Of a stretch of 64,000 nucleotides of DNA, positions 19,177-27,479 are shown in pieces. This stretch comes from a virus (taxonomy: Duplodnaviria > Caudoviricetes). The stretch is from IMG/VR virus record IMGVR_UViG_3300015050_001523, positions 258,519 to 322,518 of that record; one strand, given 5' to 3'. The position numbers and the translations under genes were made by a program. The first letter of the stretch is position 1. Every line of letters starts with the position of its first letter. The notes beneath the pieces are model-generated. The model was not told the origin of the DNA. It made no database searches and worked only from the letters and a program-made list of their open reading frames with translations.

Positions 19177-21255
19177 ATGGCAACAAAAAGACAAAATTTA
19201 TTTTCAAGACTAACAAGGCTTTTTAAGTCTGGACCTGTTGTAAAAAGGCAAATTAAAGGACTCGATAACTCAGCGGTCAAATCATCTGCTTTCGATGTTT
19301 TTCGGAAAAGCACAGCTACTGTTTATGGAAACAGTATGAATGCTTATGGGCAATACGATAGACTTTCTCGTTATTCAGATTTTTCGGAGATGGAATCCAC
19401 GCCTGAAATAAATACAGCTCTTGACATTTATGCAGATGAAACTGTTGCAAAGGATGAGAAAGGAAAGTGTCTTCATGTTTATTCGGAAAATCCAAAAATT
19501 CAAAGATTGCTTGAAGAATTATTTTATGACACATTAAATTTTGAATTTGTTTCAAGATCTTGGGTTCGTAATATTTGCAAATATGGAGATATGTTTCTTT
19601 TGAATGATGTATCTCCTACCCATGGAGTGATCAATGCCCATCCAATACCAGTAAATGAAGTTGAAAGAGAAGAAGGATTTGATCCTGAAAATCCTTTTGC
19701 TATTAGATTTAGATTGGTAACTCAAGGAAATCAGGTATTGGAGCCTTGGCAGATTACACACTTTAGATTGATGGGAAATGATAGTTTTACCCCATATGGT
19801 TCAAGCGTAATCGAAGGAGCAAGAAGGGTTTGGAGATCTCTTGTCATGGCTGAAGATGCCATGTTAACTTATAGAATTATTAGATCACCAGAGCGAAGAG
19901 TGTTTTATATTGACGTTGCAAATGCTCCACCAAATGATGTTCCTAATATTATTGAGAATGCAAGATCTACATTAAAGTCTCAAGAGGTTGTTGACAATAC
20001 GGCTGGAAGAGTTGATCAAAGATATAATCCATGGGCTGTAGATATTGATTATTTTATTCCTGTTCGTGGCCAAGATGGAGGAACAAGGATTGAAACACTT
20101 CCAGGAGGAGCGAATACTACAGCAATTGAAGATGTTGAATACATTCAGCGCAAGCTTTTTTCTGCACTTAAGGTTCCAAAGGCATATTTGGGATATGATG
20201 AATCTTTGGGAGGAAAAGCCAATCTTGCTGCTGAAGATGTTAGATTTGCAAGAACTATTCAACAAATTCAAGCAGTCATTATTACAGAATTAAATAAAAT
20301 AGCAGCAATTCATTTGGCAGCACATGGATATGATGGAGAGGATTTAGTAAATTTCAATCTACAATTAAGTAATCCTTCTGCTATGGCTCAACAACAAAAA
20401 CTTGAGCTTATAAGGACAAGATTTGAAATAGCTGGGACCCGCCCAGAAGGGCTATTGTCTGATAAATATTTATATAAAGAAGTTTTCCAAATGACTGATG
20501 ACACCATTGAAGAAATGGAAAAAGATCAAATTAAAGAACTTATTAGAAAAGCTCAAATGGAGCAAATGGGTGCTGCGGCTGCTGAAGGCGGAGCCGGAGG
20601 TGGAGGCGGAGGCGGAGGCGGCCTTGGTGGTCTTGGCGGTCCTGATGATGGTCTTGGTGGAATCGAAATGCCTGCGGGTGAAGAAGGTGGCGGAGAAGGA
20701 ACAGAAACACCGTCCGAAGATGGTGGAGAAACAGAGCCGCCTACAACTGATGATGATTTATTTGCAGAATCTGAGAATGATGATGAAAGTTTCCTTCTTA
20801 TGTCAAATGATGATGACAATATCATTGAGTTTGAAATTGATGAAGGAGATGAATATAAACCTGTCCATCAACAAAATCAGGCATCTAGATATAGACATAA
20901 TAACTTAAGGCCAAGCCGCAAAAAAATGATTGGTTCAAATGGAATGAGAGCAACAGATCCTGGAAAAGCGCTAGATCACAAAGATCCTCATTTTCATGAT
21001 GTTTCATTAAAGAGAAATTGGAGTGCTGCAACATCTATTGCAAAGGATGGTTCATTCAAATTAGCAGATTCTGTTCAACGACAAATGGGAATTATAGAGA
21101 ATTCAGAAAATAAAAGAACAAGATTGTCTAGTGAAATGAAATATGCTTTAGATTCTCTTCCAAAAGGAGTATTTATAAAAGGAAATACTTTAAAGAAAAA
21201 TGAAAATTTTAAATCTTCAAATCTTATTATTGAATCCGATGGAGATGACGTGTAA
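19177..21255 (+). CDS. Portal protein (T4 gp20-like) with Gly/acidic C-terminal extension
   Basis: EDAMLTYRIIRSPERRVFYIDV, DYFIPVRG...IETLPGG, DVEYIQRKLFSALKVP, EDVRFARTI are gp20-family motifs. Follows terL. SD GGGGAG. Confidence 0.92.
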   Translation: MATKRQNLFSRLTRLFKSGPVVKRQIKGLDNSAVKSSAFDVFRKSTATVYGNSMNAYGQYDRLSRYSDFSEMESTPEINTALDIYADETVAKDEKGKCLHVYSENPKIQRLLEELFYDTLNFEFVSRSWVRNICKYGDMFLLNDVSPTHGVINAHPIPVNEVEREEGFDPENPFAIRFRLVTQGNQVLEPWQITHFRLMGNDSFTPYGSSVIEGARRVWRSLVMAEDAMLTYRIIRSPERRVFYIDVANAPPNDVPNIIENARSTLKSQEVVDNTAGRVDQRYNPWAVDIDYFIPVRGQDGGTRIETLPGGANTTAIEDVEYIQRKLFSALKVPKAYLGYDESLGGKANLAAEDVRFARTIQQIQAVIITELNKIAAIHLAAHGYDGEDLVNFNLQLSNPSAMAQQQKLELIRTRFEIAGTRPEGLLSDKYLYKEVFQMTDDTIEEMEKDQIKELIRKAQMEQMGAAAAEGGAGGGGGGGGGLGGLGGPDDGLGGIEMPAGEEGGGEGTETPSEDGGETEPPTTDDDLFAESENDDESFLLMSNDDDNIIEFEIDEGDEYKPVHQQNQASRYRHNNLRPSRKKMIGSNGMRATDPGKALDHKDPHFHDVSLKRNWSAATSIAKDGSFKLADSVQRQMGIIENSENKRTRLSSEMKYALDSLPKGVFIKGNTLKKNENFKSSNLIIESDGDDV

Positions 21256-22103
21256 TGACAAGACATAATAAAAAAAGAAATACTGGGCTTCTATACGAAT
21301 TTCTTGTTAGATCTATTTCTGATTCAGTGATTGAAGGAGATGAAAAAAGAAGGAATACAGCCTTATCTATTATAAAAAAACACTTTACAGCAGGAAGTGA
21401 ATTATATAAAGAATTTAGATTATTCCATTCCTTAGCCGCATCTACTGTGAAAAGTTCATCTGTGGCAGATACTATTTTAGAAACAGCGAAAAAAGCTTCA
21501 TCAATGTGTGATATTGAAAAGCTTGATTATGAAAAATCATTACTTATCAGAAGCATTAATCATGGATTGGGAGATGGTAATTTTTATGATAGAAAAATTT
21601 CTGAATATAAAATTTATGCCACTATTCAAACATTATTAAATGAATGGAGAAGTGGTCAATATAATAATATTGTTGAATTAGCTCAATTTGAAGAACAGCT
21701 AAAAGAATGGCTATTGAAAGAAAAAAAAGTAAATGCATTAAATGAAGAAACAAATTTTTCTGTCAGGGATCCTTTAGTTGAAAAACTCATGATTAAAAAA
21801 ATAAATGAAAAATATAATGAAAGCCTAAATGAAGAACAGGCAAACATTATTCGTTCTTATATTTTTGCCAAGGATGAAGTTACTAAAAACAAATTGATTG
21901 AAAATTTAGAATTGATCAAAACTAAAACTCTTAATGAAATTGATTCATATTTCGCAGTCAGTCAAGGAAAAGATAAATTTTTTGATGAAAAATTAAAAAA
22001 AGCAAAATCATTGATTTTGAAAGAAAACATTGATTCAATTGATGATGAGAAAATTGAAAAATTCTTAGATATTTCAAAGCTTGGGCAGGAGATTAGGAAT
22101 TAG
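21255..22103 (+). CDS. Head-morphogenesis-associated hypothetical protein
   Basis: 282 aa (MTRHNKKRNTGLLYEFLVR), coupled between portal and protease, with several LNEE motifs. Confidence 0.55.
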   Translation: MTRHNKKRNTGLLYEFLVRSISDSVIEGDEKRRNTALSIIKKHFTAGSELYKEFRLFHSLAASTVKSSSVADTILETAKKASSMCDIEKLDYEKSLLIRSINHGLGDGNFYDRKISEYKIYATIQTLLNEWRSGQYNNIVELAQFEEQLKEWLLKEKKVNALNEETNFSVRDPLVEKLMIKKINEKYNESLNEEQANIIRSYIFAKDEVTKNKLIENLELIKTKTLNEIDSYFAVSQGKDKFFDEKLKKAKSLILKENIDSIDDEKIEKFLDISKLGQEIRN

Positions 22104-22104
22104 T

Positions 22105-22725
22105 ATGCAAAAAGTTTTAACAGAATGGACAAAATTTGAAGGAGAAATTATTAAAGAAGAAAAAACTTCTTATAATAATGGAAAGCCCAAATTGACAATG
22201 AAGGGTATATTGCAAAGAGCAGATACTTTAAATCAAAATGGAAGAATTTATCCAAAAAGAATACTGGAAAAAGAGTTAAGAAATTATCAAAAATTGATTC
22301 GAGAAAGACGTGCAACCGGTTCTCTTGACCATACAGATAGTTCAATTATTGAATTAACGACAGTTTCTCATCTTGTAACAGAAGCCTGGATGGATGGAGA
22401 CATTATTTATGGAAAAGTAGAAATACTTCCAACTCCACATGGAGATACTTTAAGAAATCTTGTTGAGGCAAATGTAACTGTTGGAATTTCTTCTCGTGGA
22501 GTTGGAACTACAAAATCTGATGCGAATGGTCATCAGATTGTTCAAGAAGATTTTCAATTAATTTGTTGGGATTTCGTATCTGAGCCTTCAACCCCAGGTG
22601 GCTTCATGATGAAAGAAGGCAGAGATTTGACAAATGTAGATCTTAAAGAATTAAAGAAATTTTTTGATAAAAGCGATAGAATTGACAGAGTAGTTAATGA
22701 CATCCTTGAATGGGGGACCAAATAA
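22105..22725 (+). CDS. Prohead core protease (T4 gp21-like)
   Basis: GILQRADTLNQNGRIYP, GSLDH (His), VGISSRGVG (Ser), WDFVSEPSTPG. ATG at 22105 follows AGGA. Confidence 0.92.
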   Translation: MQKVLTEWTKFEGEIIKEEKTSYNNGKPKLTMKGILQRADTLNQNGRIYPKRILEKELRNYQKLIRERRATGSLDHTDSSIIELTTVSHLVTEAWMDGDIIYGKVEILPTPHGDTLRNLVEANVTVGISSRGVGTTKSDANGHQIVQEDFQLICWDFVSEPSTPGGFMMKEGRDLTNVDLKELKKFFDKSDRIDRVVNDILEWGTK

Positions 22726-23117
22726 TGGGAGCAGGAAGACCAGGAGTAAATCATACAGCAGAATACCAGGCATCAGCGATTCCTTGGGTGACGAGTTCTT
22801 TAAGTGTAACAAATGCTAGAAGTATTGAGTTTCCTAGCGTTACAAGATTTGTAAAAGTTTCAAATACTGGAACTGGATCTATTTTTGTTGGATTTACACA
22901 ATCTGGAGTTCAAGGAAAAAAATCATTTCGAGTCCTTCAGGGAGCAACGGAACATTTTGAAATAAGAATTAGAGATCTTTGGCTTTCAGGGTCCCATGCA
23001 AGTGGTGCTGTTGATGTTTTTGGCGGTTTAACAGCAATTTCAAGAGATCTTTATAATCCAATAACAGGTACAAGTCCACCACCTGAAGGATATTGGTATG
23101 TTCCTGGAGTTGAATAA
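22725..23117 (+). CDS. Putative small virion structural protein
   Basis: TAATG coupling to the protease stop. Beta-strand-rich sequence in the head cluster. Confidence 0.5.
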   Translation: MGAGRPGVNHTAEYQASAIPWVTSSLSVTNARSIEFPSVTRFVKVSNTGTGSIFVGFTQSGVQGKKSFRVLQGATEHFEIRIRDLWLSGSHASGAVDVFGGLTAISRDLYNPITGTSPPPEGYWYVPGVE

Positions 23118-23120
23118 AAT

Positions 23121-23843
23121 ATGAAAAAAACTGAATTTAAAGAATTTGTAAAAGAAATGTTTTTGGAGCTAATCGAAAATGATGATGAAGTTCGAGAAGT
23201 GATTCTAGAATTTGCACAAAAAAATTTAGGAGCAATTTCTGAGTCCAAAGTCGTCAAAGAACCTTCAGATCCTGAGCTTTATGACAAATTAATGCTAATT
23301 GCTTCTGGAAAAGAAAGCAAAATGATTTATGAAGGGAAAACAATAAAGACTCCAAATTATGGAAATGGATTTAAATCTGGAAAACATATTAAAGAATGGG
23401 CAAATGGAATATATTCCAAGATTGGTGGAAAATGGAGCACTTCCCAAACTTCTCAACAAAATGGAGTAAGTAATGATACTTTATCTTTTCTTTCTGCAAT
23501 GGGAGGAGCTGAAGGTGGAGGAGATATAAGAAATGTTGGCTCATCAGGAAATGATAGACTAATAATGGAAACTATTAGAAGGGCTGGACATGGAACAACA
23601 ATCGGCGTAGATGAAAATGGAAATATTGATTCTGGAAGTGCTATCGATATTACAAGTATTTTGGCAGATACTGCAAAAACAACATCTCAAAATTTTCCTT
23701 CTTCGCATGAAGGGGGAGCACAAGCCGCATCTAGAATGGCAGGCGGGCAAGAATCATTTCAAGGAGCCCCAGAAAAGGTTTTTGCAGAATCGGCAGGAAA
23801 TTGGGCTGCATTAGCTTTCCATGGAATGGGTTCTGGAAAATAA
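23121..23843 (+). CDS. Hypothetical head-cluster protein
   Basis: 240 aa with FVKE/FLE/LIE leader and Gly/Ser-rich C-terminal half. Confidence 0.55.
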   Translation: MKKTEFKEFVKEMFLELIENDDEVREVILEFAQKNLGAISESKVVKEPSDPELYDKLMLIASGKESKMIYEGKTIKTPNYGNGFKSGKHIKEWANGIYSKIGGKWSTSQTSQQNGVSNDTLSFLSAMGGAEGGGDIRNVGSSGNDRLIMETIRRAGHGTTIGVDENGNIDSGSAIDITSILADTAKTTSQNFPSSHEGGAQAASRMAGGQESFQGAPEKVFAESAGNWAALAFHGMGSGK

Positions 23844-23898
23844 GAATTAACAGTATATTTATTGATAAGGCATTTCGCTAAAAGGAGATTTTAAAATT

Positions 23899-24246
23899 AT
23901 GGCTAGAGAAATTGACAAAAATGAACTTGTAAGTCTTGTAATGGAAGTTGTATCCGAAGTTGAAAAGGATTTAAAAAAAGTACAAGCAAAAGAAGTAACA
24001 CCTGACGAGTATGCAGATACTCTTGAGAAACCAATCGATTGGGAATCAAAACTTGGACTTAAACCAAGTGTTTCTGGAAAGGAAATGCTTGAAGCACTTA
24101 AAATTAAAGAAGCTAAGGCTATTAGAATTGCTAAACAACTTCGCTCTCAAAGAGAGGCTTTAATGGAAACTATGAGAGCAGAAGAAATGCTTGCAGAAAA
24201 TAAACGTCTTAGAAAGGCGATTCAAAGAGCAAAAGCATCAAGATAA
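23899..24246 (+). CDS. Hypothetical head-cluster protein
   Basis: 115 aa, AAAGGAG SD, TATTTA at 23856-23861. Confidence 0.6.
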   Translation: MAREIDKNELVSLVMEVVSEVEKDLKKVQAKEVTPDEYADTLEKPIDWESKLGLKPSVSGKEMLEALKIKEAKAIRIAKQLRSQREALMETMRAEEMLAENKRLRKAIQRAKASR

Positions 24247-24286
24247 ATATTTCTAGATGGACATATTTATAATCTAGGAGATTTAT
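24243..24286 (+). promoter_or_regulatory. RBS-occluding hairpin with TATTTA in its loop
   Basis: ATAAAT(A)TTTCTAGAT pairs with ATCTAGGAGATTTAT (15 bp, 2 G-U, 1 bulge). Loop GGACATATTTATA. Confidence 0.65.
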
Positions 24287-24706
24287 ATGGCAACAAATAA
24301 AGTAGAGAATCCAACACAAAGAGATTTAGGAAGTTCTGATACTGCCTCATTGGCTGAACAATTCCCGGCAACACCAGTTGACTTCGAGCCAGATATATTT
24401 ACAAAAAGTCTTTTGGATGGAGTTGTTACAGAAAATCCTATTCTTGGAGAATTCTCAATGGATTATAAAAATGCTCCAAATATCTTGGATGATTTAATTC
24501 AAGACGATCCGGGTGTTGTTGGATTTGTTCCCAACCCAACACCGCCAGGACCAGGAGATACAAATCCGGCGAATAAAGGACCCGCACCTGAAACTAATTT
24601 CCCACCACCAAGCTCTGGATTCGGCTCTTCAACTTCTCCAATTGAAACTGCTCCAAAAATTGCTGACCAAAAATTTGACACTTTAATTTTTGGTAAATCA
24701 TTCTAA
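24287..24706 (+). CDS. Pro-rich hypothetical head-cluster protein
   Basis: 139 aa, AGGAG SD, followed by a terminator. Confidence 0.6.
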   Translation: MATNKVENPTQRDLGSSDTASLAEQFPATPVDFEPDIFTKSLLDGVVTENPILGEFSMDYKNAPNILDDLIQDDPGVVGFVPNPTPPGPGDTNPANKGPAPETNFPPPSSGFGSSTSPIETAPKIADQKFDTLIFGKSF

Positions 24707-24728
24707 TAAGCAATATTAGAATGAAATT

Positions 24729-24756
24729 AAAAGCCCGCATTTATGCGGGCTTTTTT
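24729..24756 (+). terminator. Rho-independent terminator
   Basis: AAAAGCCCGCA-TTTA-TGCGGGCTTTT followed by a T tract. Confidence 0.85.
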
Positions 24757-24814
24757 ATTATTTTTAAACCTAGTTATAAGCAACGTGGTAAAAAAAATAA
24801 AAGAATATTATTCC

Positions 24815-25390
24815 ATGATGCCTGATTCAAATCAGAATAAAGGGTATGGAAAATTAAGTGGAGATGCCAAAAATAGAATAATTTCATCAAATTTTTTTCC
24901 TTATGATCCTTATGAACCATCAAGTCCAGAAGATTCAGAATTTGAAGATCCTTTATTACAAAATAAATTTTCTAATATGATGGGAAATCAGCCTGCAACA
25001 AAATCAGATTATGTTTCAAGAAGATCTGATCCATTTACATATTTTGATGATTCGACTGTTGGGTTATCTGAAGAAAAATTGATTAGAGAATATATACATT
25101 TATTATTTGAAACCTATATCTCAAATAAGTCAAGAACAAGCGATACAGATGGGGCGATGACTCAATGGGGGAATAAAGTACCAGGAGGTACTCAATTTGG
25201 ATGGAGTTCTGCCTATTTATTCCCTCAAAAAAAAACTCAATATGAACCAGTATTTTCTTTGAAAGATCTAATGACAAAACATGAAGATGAAATTGGACTT
25301 AGTGGAAATCTTGAACGAGAAGAAGATGAAGAATGGAAAAAAGAATATGGCCAGGAACAATATGACAACATTTTTCCTCTTTTTTGGTAA
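24815..25390 (+). CDS. Hypothetical head-cluster protein
   Basis: The track start at 24743 lies inside the terminator stem, so the in-frame ATG at 24815 is preferred. Internal LIREYI motif. Confidence 0.5.
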   Translation: MMPDSNQNKGYGKLSGDAKNRIISSNFFPYDPYEPSSPEDSEFEDPLLQNKFSNMMGNQPATKSDYVSRRSDPFTYFDDSTVGLSEEKLIREYIHLLFETYISNKSRTSDTDGAMTQWGNKVPGGTQFGWSSAYLFPQKKTQYEPVFSLKDLMTKHEDEIGLSGNLEREEDEEWKKEYGQEQYDNIFPLFW

Positions 25391-25461
25391 GAAAATATAA
25401 TCATTTGGTTTTTTGGATATAGACGTTATATTTATTCTCAGGATTATAAAGGATTATAATA

Positions 25462-27447
25462 ATGACAGCCATTCATAAAGAAGCATTGGCAGATGCTAAA
25501 AGATTGCGAGAAGTTGCAGAAGAAAATGCAAAACAAGCAATTATAGAACAAATAACTCCAACAATTAAAAATATGATTGAAAGGGAATTGCTTGGTGAAT
25601 CTTATGATGGAGTTGAAGAAGACATTCTTATTTCTCCAAATAAAGAAGAAAAAGAAAAAAAAGAAGAGGAAGATGAGCGAGTAGATGAAGTGACATTGAC
25701 AAATGAGTCTGTTGCTGCCTTGGCCCAAATGAAAATGAACAGTGCAAAATCTGAACATTATGGCGTCCGCACATTAAGAATCTCTGAGAAGATTGATAGG
25801 CTTCATGAAGCTAAAGTAAATGAAAATACTTATGGCGAAAAACTTCGACAAATAAAAAATGAAGTTGAGAAGACTTTCATAGAGCTTCAAGAAGATAAGA
25901 AAAAAAATATCGTACCAGACAATTCAGCTAACCTTATCGAAGGAAAGCTTGAAGAGTTGTGGGAAGTCACAAATAATTTGATGATTCCTGTAAAGGTTCG
26001 ACAAATCAATGAAAGCAATAAAGAAATTTCTAATAAATTTAGTAAATTTAAAATTATTGCTGAAGAGTATTCCCTTACAAACGGGGCAAAACAAAGATTC
26101 GGACAAGAGTGTATTAAGTTAGTAAAAGAAACTAAAGCACTCTTCAATTCTATAGCCGAATTAAAGGAAGTAACTAAGGATAGTTCGGTTGAGAAAGTCC
26201 ACAATGAAACAAGTGGATTATTTAAGGAGATTTACAAAATGGCTAAAAAATTTGGTTCACTAAACGAAGAAGAACTTAAGATTGTTATAAGTGGATTAAA
26301 CACTGACGATCTTGAGGGGTCACCACTATCAGCAATGGTTGAGCCCGCAGACGAAGACATGGATGACGACATGGACATGGATGACATGGGCATGGATGAC
26401 GATATGGGCGATGACATGGGTGGAGACGAAATGGACGATATTGGAATGGATGACATGGATGACGAAGAAAAGATTGACGAATATACATATTCAGCATCTG
26501 GAGGTCGTGGTCGTGGCGTTCGTAGTATGTCACAAAAAGTTCAGGCAGATCCAGATAAAAAGTCAACTATTGGAGGTTCGGCTAAGACCGGCAGAGATTG
26601 GAGCGAAGATAGCGGCAGAGATTGGAGTGACGAAGAAAGAAAAGCTGCTGGTCTTCCACGTAAAAAACAACAAGAAGGCGATGAAATGCTTGAAATCAGC
26701 GAAGTTATGCTTAAACAAGAACTTTTAAGATTAAAGAAAAGAAGAGCCGCAATGAGCGAAGCTATGAAAGCGATGAAAGGCCCTGGCTCATTTGATAATT
26801 TTGGAGGAGCAGGAAGATCAGGTGGAGGAGTTGAAGGCGATGTATTCGAAGACTTCAATGATCTCAATGGACTTGATCCTGTTGGAGAAGCTGGTTCTGT
26901 AAATGAGAGCGAAGAAGAAATGGACGAATATACTTATAAAGCATCTGGCGGCAGTGGCCGTGGTGTTCGTAGTATGTCCAAAAAAATTCAAGCTGACCCA
27001 AAGAAAGTTTATCAAGGGGATAAAAAAGAAGAAAAATCTGATGAACCTTTGAAAAAAGAAGTTAGAGCATATAAGAAAGCAATTCTTAATATGCAGGAAA
27101 ATTACGAAAAAATACAACAACAACTCCGCGAAAGTAACCTTTCAAATGCGAAGTTAGTATATGCAACAAAACTCATGCAGAATGAGAATCTTTCCAAAAA
27201 ACAACGACTTATAGTGGTCGAGCAATTGGATCAAGCACAATCTGTACGGGAAGTCAAGAAATTATTTACTGCTCTTAAAGAAGCCCTTGAAAAAGGTAAC
27301 ACAAAGAGCAAGCTCACTGAAAGTGCAGAGAGAAAGGTCATTGGAGGATCAAGCCGAGCAACTGGCTCTGGCTCAACCACTCTCACTGAATCAGAAAACA
27401 AAGAATTTGCTCGCTGGGGACAGTTGGCAGGATTTTTGAAAGGATAA
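25462..27447 (+). CDS. Prohead core scaffold protein (gp22-like)
   Basis: Directly upstream of MCP, highly charged. ALADAKRLREVAEENAK start, LRESNLSNAKLVYATKL...LDQAQSVREVK and RWGQLAG end. Many LxE sites. Confidence 0.8.
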   Translation: MTAIHKEALADAKRLREVAEENAKQAIIEQITPTIKNMIERELLGESYDGVEEDILISPNKEEKEKKEEEDERVDEVTLTNESVAALAQMKMNSAKSEHYGVRTLRISEKIDRLHEAKVNENTYGEKLRQIKNEVEKTFIELQEDKKKNIVPDNSANLIEGKLEELWEVTNNLMIPVKVRQINESNKEISNKFSKFKIIAEEYSLTNGAKQRFGQECIKLVKETKALFNSIAELKEVTKDSSVEKVHNETSGLFKEIYKMAKKFGSLNEEELKIVISGLNTDDLEGSPLSAMVEPADEDMDDDMDMDDMGMDDDMGDDMGGDEMDDIGMDDMDDEEKIDEYTYSASGGRGRGVRSMSQKVQADPDKKSTIGGSAKTGRDWSEDSGRDWSDEERKAAGLPRKKQQEGDEMLEISEVMLKQELLRLKKRRAAMSEAMKAMKGPGSFDNFGGAGRSGGGVEGDVFEDFNDLNGLDPVGEAGSVNESEEEMDEYTYKASGGSGRGVRSMSKKIQADPKKVYQGDKKEEKSDEPLKKEVRAYKKAILNMQENYEKIQQQLRESNLSNAKLVYATKLMQNENLSKKQRLIVVEQLDQAQSVREVKKLFTALKEALEKGNTKSKLTESAERKVIGGSSRATGSGSTTLTESENKEFARWGQLAGFLKG

Positions 27448-27451
27448 AGAA

Positions 27452-27457
27452 TATTTA
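27452..27457 (+). promoter_or_regulatory. Putative late promoter (TATTTA) of the major capsid gene
   Basis: Same motif as found before most virion genes; 22 nt upstream of the ATG, followed by AGGAG. Confidence 0.5.
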
Positions 27458-27479
27458 GAAATAGGATAGGAGTTTTAAT

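Noticed and set aside
24743-24814. Track start for the 215-aa ORF
   Set aside because: The ATG is inside the terminator stem, and the hydrophobic N-terminus is simply the translated T tract.
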